From assembly GCA_964016885.1 (NCBI GenBank), contig OZ024745.1, positions 87,358,001-87,422,000 of the forward strand: 64,000 nt of DNA. The letters run 5' to 3'. This document shows positions 53,108 to 64,000 of this stretch, piece by piece. This stretch comes from Eledone cirrhosa. Its lineage: Eukaryota. Position numbers and translations under genes: made by a program. Position 1 is the first letter of the stretch. The number at the start of each line of letters is the position of its first letter. The notes beneath the pieces were generated by a model. The model did not search any database, had not been told where the DNA came from, and was given only the letters and a program-made list of their open reading frames with translations.

Positions 53108-54372
53108 ATTCACCTGTAGCTAGACACAAATTAATATACCACAAAGTAATTCATTAGTAGTGTAGACTTCACCTGTAGCTAGTGACTAATTAATATACCA
53201 TACAGTAGTTCATTAGTAGAGTTTAGTCTTCACCTGTAGTTAGACACTAATTAATATAGCAAACAGTAGTTAATTAGTAGAGTTTAGTCTTCACCTGTAG
53301 TTAGACACTAATTAATATAGCACACAGTAGTTAATTAGTAGAGTTTAGTCTTCACCTGTAGCAAGACACCAATTAATATACCACACAGTAGTTCATTAGT
53401 AGTGTAGACTTCACCTGTGGTTAGACACCAATTAATATACCACACAGTAGTTAATTAGTAGAGTAGCAAGACACCAATTAATATACCACGCAGTAGTTCA
53501 TTAGTAGTGTAGACTTCACCTGTGCTTAGACACCAATTAATATACCACGCAGTAGTTCATTAGTAGTGTAGACTTCACCTGTGGTTAGACACTAATTAAT
53601 AATTCACACAGTAGTTCATTAGTAGTTTAAACTTCATCTGTAGTTAGACACCAATTAATATACTACACAATAGTTCATTAATAGAGTTTAGTCTTCACCT
53701 GTAGCTAGAGACTAATTAATATAGCACACAGTAGTTAATTAGTATAGTTTAGTCTTCACCTGTAGCTAGAGACTAATTAATATAGCACACAGTAGTTAAT
53801 TAGTAGAGTTTAGTCTTCACCTGTAGTTAGACACTAATTAATATAGCACACAGTAGTTAATTAGTAGAGTTTAGACTTCACCTGTAGCCAGACAGCAATT
53901 AATATACCACACAGTAGTTTATTAGTAGTTTAGTATTCACCTGTAGTTAGACACTAATTAATATACCATAGTAGTTTAGTCTAAACTATACTAATGAACT
54001 ACTGTGTGGATATTAATTAGTCTCTAACTACAGGTAAAGTCTAAACTATACTAATGAACTACTGCGTGGTATATTAATTAGTCTCTAGCTACAGGTGAAG
54101 ACTAAACTATACTAATTAACTACTGTGTGCTATATTAGTTAGTCTCTAGCTACAGGTGAAGTCTAAATTCTACTAATTAACTAGTGTGGTATATTAATTA
54201 GTGTCTAACTACAGGTGAAGTCTAAATTCTACTAATTAACTATTGTGGTATATTAATTAGTGTCTAATTACAGGTGAATACTAAACTACTAATGAACAAC
54301 TCTGTGGTAGATTAATTAGTCGCTAGCTACAGGTGAAATCTACACTACTAATAAACTACCGTGTAGTATATT
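53108..54372. repeat. 59-61-bp minisatellite array with an internal inversion at ~53980
   Basis: Unit CTTCACCTGTAGTTAGACACTAATTAATATAGCACACAGTAGTTAATTAGTAGAGTTTAGT, about 14 copies forward then about 6 as reverse complement. Confidence 0.93.
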
Positions 54373-55194
54373 GCTCGAAGCCTAAACCACTTGACTTATT
54401 CTTTATTTTATCGGTACCAGAATGCGGGTATGATATCGCCAGAAATTGAACTTATATTTAAATATAACGAGTCGGAACGAAATCCTGTAAATCATTTTAT
54501 CCGACGTTCTAAAGGTTCTGCTAAACCACCAACTTTATACTTCACATAATAAATTACGAAGGGAAAATATATATAACAGTTGTGTGATTTTATTCTGCTA
54601 AAAGGGTTCTTTCACGATATAATTGATACTGTTTTATTCCAACAAAGTCTCAGATCAAGTCATTTGCAAAACAAACACACAAAATAATCAGAATCTTTTC
54701 CTAATATGTTTCTAGTCTTCTACATTCCCAAATCCCTTGTTGTTTGTGTGGAATAATGTGGAATAATGGTAAGATGTGATATAAAAACGAAAGAAATATA
54801 GTAGAAAAAACAAAATAAACAAGAGATTTATTTTGATTTGTTTGTTTCTTACTTTTACTATTGGTTATTTCTGTAATCATGTTTTTGTATGATTTTTCAT
54901 CCTTCAGCATGATGTTGAAATAAGTGGCAATGTTATATACCTTCAACAATAGCTCACCTGGTGAGATGGTATAAAGACACTCTAGAATGGAGCATATCAC
55001 CTCAACTGATAAAAAAAAACAAGTTATTTTGAATGTAAATAAAATTGATTACACAGTTGCGTTTCATTCCACGGGGGCCAATAAAAGAATACAAAATAGA
55101 AACTATAAAAGAAAGAAAAAAAAAATGGTGTCAATCAGATCAATTATTTTCAAACGTTGCTGCCGTCCTCGTGGGGAAAAAAATATGTAAAAGT

Positions 55195-55334
55195 TTCCTC
55201 ACAACATAGCAATGAGATGGAACCTAGATAACAAAATATAGCTTCTGAATAAAACCCTCGTGTTCCTCACAACATAGCAATGTGATGGAACCTAGATAAT
55301 AAAAAATGCAGCTTCTGAGTAAAAAGCCTCGTGT
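55195..55334. repeat. ~68-bp direct duplication
   Basis: TTCCTCACAACATAGCAATG(A/T)GATGGAACCTAGATAA...CCTCGTG twice. Confidence 0.85.
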
Positions 55335-55660
55335 GTCTTTTGTTTAGTATTTCATATTTCTGTGTTCAAATCCCAACGGGTCGATATAATAAGTGTTATT
55401 AATATAATAGGGTTGATTTAACCGACAAAAATTTTTTTTTTCTGTTCAACAATTGGCCTTTTGCCAAACTATGAAATCAACATATTTCTTTTACAAATAT
55501 ACAAATATCCATAAGAGCAGGCAGTAGAACTTTTAGAATATATTCTGAAGGAAATACGGTGGTTTGGGCATGGTTGTGTATGTGTGTGTGTATATATATG
55601 TATGCATGTATGAATGTATGTATATATGCATGTATGTATGTATATGTATGTATGTAACCC

Positions 55661-56085
55661 AGTACAACTTGTCGCATGGTCGGGTCGTCGGCGATTAAAC
55701 CGGCAACCCCACCAGGTTTACTTGGTTAGGAGGGTGATTTTGGACACCCTGCAGGAAAAAAAACAAAACCTGACAAAGGGCGGAAGAACTCATAAGAGTC
55801 AACGGTCATCCGAAAGTGTGTAAATATGTATATACACATGTACCGCGCGGTTAAGCGAATGGGAGTGAAGGACCTAGCCTTTGTCAGGGCATTCTTCTAG
55901 GAGAAGGCAACTCAGGAAATTGGGATAACTCCGATATAAAACCTTCGGCTAAGTAGTTACCGATGATGTTGATCTTTTCTTCTTTTCGGGTTATAGCTAC
56001 TGTCGCTCAGAGAGTGGGATTGGCTCAGTGCACAGTCTTTCCTCACTTTAAAAAATATCTTCACGTACAGGCATTGCACGATAGA
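55661..56085 (+). mobile_element. Non-coding element homologous to the RTE 5' UTR (non-autonomous RTE derivative)
   Basis: Colinear blocks match the reverse complement of 59400-59768. Ends in a (TAA)-rich tract. Confidence 0.7.
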
Positions 56086-56107
56086 ATTAATTAATAATTA
56101 TTAATAA

Positions 56108-59100
56108 TGGTATGCTCAAGCAAATTTTTCCATGGAGACACCGATCGTTTCGAGAGATACACCAGAGCATTGCTTACGCACATCTCGTTTGATCTTCTCA
56201 TGATCTATGTGTCTGTCCTCAAAATTATGGACCCCGTCATTCACTATTCCACGCCAAGTTTCTCTTTCAAGAGCTTCTGTCTCCCAGTCAGCCATCATCA
56301 AACCAGTTTTTTTCAATAAGTCCTTTACACAATCCTTGAATCAGAGCTTTGGTTTGTGAGGTTGTCTCTTACCCTCACAAAGCTCGCCACACAAGAGTTG
56401 TTTTGGGATTCGATCATCCTCCATTCTGCAGAGGTGTCCGGTCCATCACAAACGCCGTTGGTGGAAGATACGCTCAATGCTCCGACACTCACTTCTCTCA
56501 AGGACCTTAACATCACTCACATGCATCTGCCACTTGATACCAAGCATCATTTTGAGACACTGCTGTTGAAACCGTTCCAGTCTGTGGATATGCCGTTTGT
56601 AGGCAACCCATGTCTCACATGCATACAGCAAAGCTGACAGTACACATGCAGCATACACTCTCACCTAGGTCCTCATTGTGATTTCTCGCCTGCACCAAAG
56701 ACGGTCGTTGAGCCTTCAAAATGACTCACTTGCCTTACTAACACATAGAACAACTTCTGCATCCAGAGAGCAGGTCACACTCATAGTACTCCCCAAATAC
56801 ACCAATGTGTCAGCAGCCTTCAGCTTTTGACCGTATACGTGTATGGAGGATTCATTGAAAACTTTATCCAGAGCAGGTTGGTACATGATGACAGTCTACT
56901 TCAGACTGATTTGTCAGTCCCAAAGCACTGCACGCATTGGAAAAAGAATCCATAAGGTGTTGCATGTCACTCTGGGAGTGTCCAAAGAGATCACAATCAT
57001 CTGCATATAAAAATTCCCTGAACAAGGTACTCAGTACCTTAGTGTTGGCAGTGAGACGCCTATGGTTAAACAGCTTGCCGGAAGTGCGATATCTGAGACA
57101 TATACCGAGTTGACAATCCTTGAAGGCCATGAAGAACACCATCGCGAAATACAAGGCAAACAAAGTTGGTGCATGTATATCACCCTGCTTGACTTCATTC
57201 TCAACCGAGATTGGCTCAGACAGTTTACCTCCAACATTCACCCATGCCTGCATGTCATCGTGGAAGAGTTTCAGAATGCTCACAAACTTTTCAGGACAGC
57301 CCAATCTCTCCCACAAAGCTTTCCGATTAATGGTGTCAAATGCTTTGGTCAGATCGACAAAAACTTGGTATAAGTCCATGCGCTGCTCAATGCATTTCTC
57401 TTGAAGTTGTTTGGCCGACAAGATCATATCAACAGTGCCTCTGCCATTCCTAAAGCCACATTGGGAGTCAGGAAGTACCTCAACAGCAATGTGCTGTATC
57501 AATCTGTCCAACAATATCCTGCACAAGATCTTCCGAGCCACAGATAGCAGTGAAATACCTCTGAATTTGCCACAGTCATCTTTGGCTCCCTTTCCTTTGT
57601 AAAGTACCACCATCATTGCATCATTCCAATCCTGTGGCACATCTTCTTCATTCCAAACATTCACAAAGAGATCAGTGGGGAGGTTTAAGAAGTTATCACC
57701 AGCACACTTGAAAATCTCGGCACTCAGTCCATCCATTCCAGGTGACTTGCCGCTATTTAATTTGGCAATGGCCTTCGCCACCTCATCAAAAGAAGGAGGA
57801 TCAGCCATTGCCACCTTTGTAGGTCTGGATGGAATCGACCGGATGAACTCATCATCAATTTCTGATGGTCTGTTGAGAAGCTCATCAAAGTGGTCATGCC
57901 ACCTGATCAGGATTTCCTTCGGATCTCTGACCAATTCCTTGCAGTCCCCGGAGCGAAGTGGTGATATTTGTGAAACGGTCGGACCATACACGTTCCTGAG
58001 CAGACTGAATAGGAGCTTTCTATCATATCTATCTGAGGCCTTTTGGATTTCATCAACCTCTTGGCTCCACCAGATATCCTGTATGGCTCTCAATCGATGT
58101 TGCACACGTGCCTTGGTCTGCCTGAAGGTCCGCTCACCCCTGCCAGAACGTGTCTCACACAACAATGATGTCAGCACATTTTGTTTCTCTTCAAGCAAGC
58201 TCTGGATCACTGGATCATTTTCATCGAACCAGTCTTCATGCTTTCTATTGGTATAACATCATAGACGGTTTTCTTCAATGATTCCCAAGTGTTTTCACAT
58301 TCTTTGGACTCAAGGGACCTCGACAGCTCAGCTCTGATTTTCTCTGTTTTCAGACGAGCCACGATTAGTCTTTTTGGAAGTGTAACCTTCTTCCCCCTTA
58401 CTTTGGGCTTCACAACAAATTGAAACTTGGCGCGTCCCAGACGATGATCAGTCCAACATTACGCGCCTCGCAATACACGAACCGATGTGATATCTCTGAT
58501 ATCACGTTTTCTCGTCAAAACGAAGTCAATAAGGTGTCACTTCTTGGAACCTGGATGCATTCAAGTTGTCTAATATTTGTCTTTCTGCTGAAAGAGCGTG
58601 TTCCCAACAACAAGATCCATCTCATCCATCTCAGTGCATATCTGCAAAAGAGGTAGGCCATTGTTATTGCACTTACCAACTCCATGCTTGCTCATCTCAC
58701 TCCAAGCTTCCCAGTCATTACCAATACGTGCATTAAAATCACCAAGGATGACAATCTTGTCTGCATAAGGTATACCATGGATGACCTCTCTCAAAGACAT
58801 GTATAAACTTAGTTTTTCATCATCACTAGCACATATATGATTCAAAACCGCTTTGTGACCAGAGTCACAAAGCCGTTTTGAATCAGAGGGACTCTCATGG
58901 ACATTATCCGATCATTGAATCCACAAGGAAGATTTTCCAGCTTTGAGTCGATTCTATTCCTCACTACAAATGCGACCCCTGCCTCTCTCCTACAACCATC
59001 TGCTCCACCACTCCAATAGAAGGTATATCCTCCCTTCTGTTCTGTGAATGACCCTCACCTGCCAATCTCGTTTCTGAAAGAGCAACGATGTCCATGCTAT

Positions 59101-59768
59101 AGCGATCGAATTCCCTCGACACCAAAGCAGATCTTCTTTCAGGGCGAGTTTTACTGGACTGGGAATCCAGTAAAGTTCTTACATTCCGACATCCAATATT
59201 CAGAGGTTTGAACCTCCTTGCAGTTGTAGGATGACGACCGGGCCCACGCCATGGGACACCAGCCAGGCCAGACCCCTTCACAATAAGTTCCAGAGCCCTT
59301 ACTGCCATTGACTTCAAGGTTATCATCTGTCATCATAGAGTTTGGTGCACTTTTAGGCTACGGCAAGCCACACGAACCTGTAACAGATGACGAACAAGCG
59401 ATGCCTGTGCTTTGAAGTTTTTTTAAGTGGGGAAATGCCTTGCACGCGACCAATCCCACTCTCTGAGCATCGAAAACACTACCCCAAAAAGAGAAGTGGT
59501 CAACATCATCGGATGTTTCCAAAGCCACAGGTTTTTTTTTGAGAGTTAGTCTCTCCCAGAAGGGTGTTGTGACAACAACAGGGGGCCCTTCACTCCCAGG
59601 TAATAAAAAAAAGTACTATTTGGATGGCCGTTGACTCTGCTGAGTTCCTCCGCCCTTTGTCAGGTCTTGTATTTCATCCCGCAGGGTGTCCAAATATCAC
59701 CCTCCTCACCAAGCAAGCTTGGTGGAGTTGCCGGTTTAGACGCGACCCAGCCATGAGACAGGTAGTAC
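56108..59768 (-). mobile_element. RTE (BovB-like) LINE with 5' UTR, decayed
   Basis: LNIGCRNVRTL, ALSETRL, LGDFNARIG, KSPGMDG, FRGISLLS, SQCGFR, FVDLTKAFD, LYADD, LLYACETW. Confidence 0.92.
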
Positions 59769-60095
59769 ATATATATATATATATATATACATATATATAT
59801 ACATATATAGTTTATTTTACACCTAATTCTGTTTAGTTGACTGTATACCTGGTCGATTTATACACGCGGTCGAAATACTCGATGAATACTCCGTCGCAAC
59901 GGCCGCGAAGGGCTGCTTTTGGTTATTTGTCGGAGATTCCTTCATAGAAGCCTTTATTCTTATAGTTTGGTCTAATCGATTTTTTTATATGGTTAATTAT
60001 GCTAATTGGGAGAGGAAACGGTATATATTTTATGTGGTGATTCTATAGACATGTTTTATGATATATATATATATATGTATATATATACATATATG

Positions 60096-60186
<91 letters not shown>

Positions 60187-60214
60187 ATCAAAAGATGGTT
60201 AAAAGAGTTCCATG

Positions 60215-60285
60215 TATTTTATTATGCGCATTTCAAAAACAAATATCATCATGCAATAATATTTGTGTTTTCATCAGATAAAATA
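60215..60285 (-). ncRNA. Type I hammerhead ribozyme in the PLE 3' pseudo-LTR
   Basis: TATTTTAT CTGATGA AAACACAAATATTAT TGCATG ATGATATTTGTTTTT GAAA TGCGCA T A ATAAAATA: 8-bp stem I, long stem II, palindromic stem III ATGCGCAT. Confidence 0.85.
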
Positions 60286-60651
60286 GGAAGACATGATATG
60301 AAGGTTAAAAAACACTTGTGAATAGTGCAGTTTTAAATCAACATATGAAAAGTAGTTTTAGATTGATGTGTGATATTGTGAAAAAAAAATGTTGAGGGGG
60401 TGGGTGGGTGGAAAGGATGAAACAGAAGAGATGAGAGTAAAAAGTGGAGGGGGAGGAGTATAATGAAGACGGATGAGATAGGAGGACAGATGGGTTTATA
60501 TATAGAGAGAGAGATAGCTTTTATAACTGAGAAAAATATATTGCTTTACATAGAGAGGTTGAAAAACCGTTGGAAGATGATATATAAATTAAAATAATTT
60601 GAAAATTAACGAAGAGAAAAATAATGTAAGGTTAGGGTTTGTATATTGAAC

Positions 60652-60815
60652 GGTTTAATAATATGTGCGATGTAAAGAAAATGTTAATATGTATTAAGAA
60701 TAATATTTAAGGGTTTAATAATATGTGCGATGGAAAGAAAATGTTAATATGTATTAAGAATAATATTTAAGGGTTTAATAATATGTGCGATGGAAAGAAA
60801 ATGTTGATATGTATT
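60652..60815. repeat. 60-bp tandem repeat (~2.7 copies) in the PLE 3' UTR
   Basis: GGTTTAATAATATGTGCGATG(G/T)AAAGAAAATGTT recurs every 60 bp. Confidence 0.9.
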
Positions 60816-63800
60816 ATTAAAAAAAACAAAAGTAATGTAAGTAAGGATATATTGTGAGATGAGCATGAATAAGTTAGATGAAAGGGAGAAAAAAATAATG
60901 AATTGAGGATGAATAATCTAACCTCCAAAAAATGTGTTTATGTTTACGAAGGATTTTTTCAAGGTGATATAAGGTAAGCATATATTGTATTGTGTAATAA
61001 TTGTTTCTATGTTAGGCACAGTGAGAAAAGGTACAGATTAGGGGTTATAAATTAAAAGAAAAAGAAAAGAAAAGAAAAGGAAAAGGAAAAGGAAAAGGAA
61101 GAAAGGGAAGTGATAAATAGGGGTGATATAGAATGAGTAACAAGTATTATATAATGTATAATAAATAACTTTGAAATAAGGTAGAAAGATGGGTATATTT
61201 TTAAAGAAGTATATGTATATATATGTGCCTTTGAGAAAAGGATTCTAAATTGATAAAGTATTGGATATTAGCTCTATACTTTGTGGAATGTTCTGTGGAA
61301 TTTATGCAAGCAGAGAGAAAACAAGTCAGTGCGTCTATTTATTATAGAATCTAAATTAGATATAATGGTAAATTTTTCATTTAGACAGAGATTGCAAGTC
61401 TTGGATAGAGAACTGTTCAAGTATGAGAAGCAGAAGAAACCTTTTTCCAAGAGATGTTATATTTAATATTTTTGTCTTTCAAGGACCATATGAGTTCTGA
61501 GAGAGCCGTGTTGGTTCTTTTAAGTTGGTATTTAAAAGACGAATGATGATTATAAAGACGGGCTTTAAAGGAGGTGGAAGTGGAGCCAAAATAGGTGAAG
61601 GAATTGGTGTCAGTTATAACTTTACATTCGTAGATTAAGTTTTTATCAAGACAATGGTTGTTGAGAGCACATTTATTTTTAACAGGGCAATTGCAATTGC
61701 GATTAGAGAGATTATTAACGAGAGACCTAGTGTTATCTATAGAATGAATTGGATTGGAGAAGTTATTTGCGATAGGAATAATAGTTTCTTGATTTAGAAT
61801 GGGATTAAGAACATTTAGCGAAGTTGTGTTTGACGTTGTATTTGGGTTTTCAGAAATTAGCCTAGAGTTCACAATGACGTCGGGAGTACTATTACTATTA
61901 TTATGATATTCAGTGTTGGAAGGAAGAGATTTAGTATTTAGTATTTTATTGTTGTGTTTAGAGATAATGTTGGAAATGTTGGAGGATGTCGAATAGGAAA
62001 ATTTTATAGTGTGTTTGTTAAATATTTTACTATAGATATGTGAGGGAGGGAAGCATTTATTTAAGGCACTAAAGAATAATTTAGGAATATTATTATTAAT
62101 AGAGATGGAGAAAGGAGCATTATACCAGATTATGTTTTTGTATCTAGGTCTTTTATTAAAGTTATTGGAATGATCATGATTAATTATTCTACTGTGAGAT
62201 CTTCTAGAATTTGTTTCTTTACTATATTTGATTTTATCAGGATAGCCGGCTTTAGAAAGCGCGTTATTATAGTAATTGGCGTTAGCACCAAAGATATTTT
62301 TATTAGAAGATAGGTTAGATATTCTTTTTCCAATATTACTAATTATAGCATTCTTAATATTAGTGGGGTGGTTAGATTTAAAATTAACATAATTTAGGTT
62401 CTCATTGTTTTTATGGTAAGGGTAATATAGGCCAGTGTCAAGATTAAGAGATACATCCAAGAAATTAGCTAGTTTGATGCTGTTATCAAATTCAATTTTA
62501 AGTTATGTTGGTTAAAGAGATTACGTATATTGTTCTTAATAATATTAAGGTTAACTATGTTGCAATTTAAGATAGTAAAGAGTCCATCGTCACGATAAAT
62601 TCCACCGCGAAGTTGAGGAATTTTCCGACTCAAAGAGTTCAAAATAAAGATACCAATTAAATCTGTCAATTGGGATGCATCGGATGCTCCCATTGTGATG
62701 TCGAAGTTGTTAGCGGTATCAGCTCTGGTCCAATATTCATTGTTGAATTCTAGGATGGTTTTACGTGCGGTGAGAATGATGTGATGTTCATCTGTGGTGA
62801 TGTCAGAATATTTAAATGCGAAAGATAGAGCATTGTTGAGAAGTGAAAGCGAAATAGAAGAATAGTAGATGGCAATATCAAATTGAACAAATTTTAGTTT
62901 GTTTTTATTATTCAATTTGTTGAACCAGCCAATCACTTCAGAAGTACCAAATCATACATTTAAGTTCAAAGAAGAGCAATTAGAACGAACCTGTGGGATA
63001 ATTATATCCAAGATGGCTTTACTAACAACCCCCAGATCTGATTTAGAGGGGGCGATTAATTTAACAGGTAGTTCAGTACGAAAATTGTTTTTGTGATCCT
63101 TGAGATTTATCCTCGGAGTTCTTGGGAGGAATGGTTCGGTCTTTTTTCCGATGCCAAGTTTTGACATAATCTCAGAGGCTTCAAAGTTTATGGATTCTAA
63201 ATTATCATGGTTGGTTTTACGATATTTTTTCCTAAGTTCCGTTAGGATAAGGTTGTTATAGTTATCCTTGGAAATACCATATAAATTATTGGTTTTGTCA
63301 GACTGGACTAAAACATTTTTTGAGGAATTTAGGTTTGAAATTGTGTTCTTGAGATTTACAAGGTGCTCTTGTCCTTTGTAAGGGTATCTCTTGAATTTAA
63401 GATTTTTTATAATTTTTGTTAACTCTTCCTCGAATTGCACTAGATGTTTGTTGGAAGGAGGATTTCTTCTAGAATTAAATAGATGATCGAAGAAGTTATG
63501 TTCTTTGGTATAGAAGTTCCCTTTTAGGCGCTGGTCATAGAAATAAGCTATCCATCTAAGTCTTCTTACAAATGTGTCAGTTTTTTCAATTAGAAGTTTG
63601 GTGAATTCAGATTTACCAGGTATAGGAATGTCTTTAGTTGAATTGGTTATGTTGTAATAATCCATGTTGTAGAAGAAAAAGGTAAAGGACCATCAAAAGG
63701 TATCCAATATGAGAGTTAGCGCTCAACCGTTAAGGAGCAAGTTAATGTAGGAGGTGAGTTTTATTGTAGTACAATAAAGCAATGCAGATATCGGATAAGA

Positions 63801-64000
63801 AGCACTCTACAGTTTGTAAGACTGGAGTATACATATTATGTATTCTCCAGTACCACAATAAAACTCACCTCCTACATTAACTTGCTCCTTAACGGTTGAG
63901 CGCTAACTCTCATATTGGATACCTTTGATGGTCCTTTACCTTTTTCTTCTACAACATGGATTATTACAATATAACCAATTCAACTAAAGACATTCCTATA

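Larger units (their letters stand above)
60185..64000 (-). mobile_element. Penelope-like element (Nematis-like type), near full length, with an inverted 5' copy starting at 63855
   Basis: Frameshifted ORF 63665-~61200 (KDIPIP, SDKTNNLY, FVQFDI, FDITMGA, IYRDDG, CNCPVKNKCALNNHCL, YFGSTSTSFKARLYNH). 63855-64000 is the reverse complement of 63621-63767. Confidence 0.92.

Noticed and set aside
53108-54372. Regular repeats resembling a CRISPR array
   Set aside because: No unique spacers, no cas genes, and a eukaryotic context. This is a minisatellite, as is 43509-43727.
59810-60055. pLTR-like stub with possible hammerhead remnants
   Set aside because: No intact CTGANGA/GAAA pair with supporting stems.

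Overview
Eukaryotic, AT-rich, gene-free window made almost entirely of decayed transposable elements and microsatellites. The SINE types and (TA)n/(CA)n load resemble an octopus/cephalopod genome (inference). I found no host protein-coding gene. Recognisable elements are Tx1/L1-like LINEs, three RTE-like LINEs, a CR1/L2-like LINE, a degenerate R4/Dong-like piece, four Penelope-like elements (PLEs, RT + GIY-YIG), Helitrons (one with a PIF1 helicase), a hAT-type MITE and many tRNA-derived SINEs. The main signal is RNA-structural. A non-coding ~420-bp unit carrying one minimal type I hammerhead ribozyme per monomer forms tandem, partly inverted arrays (35.1-37.8 kb and 26.7-27.6 kb, with fragments at 16.8 and 29.5 kb) and is a candidate PLE-mobilised retrozyme family. 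At least six further hammerhead-like motif types and many fold-back (inverted) insertions sit between (TA)n tracts. All folds were read by eye, and no database search was run.
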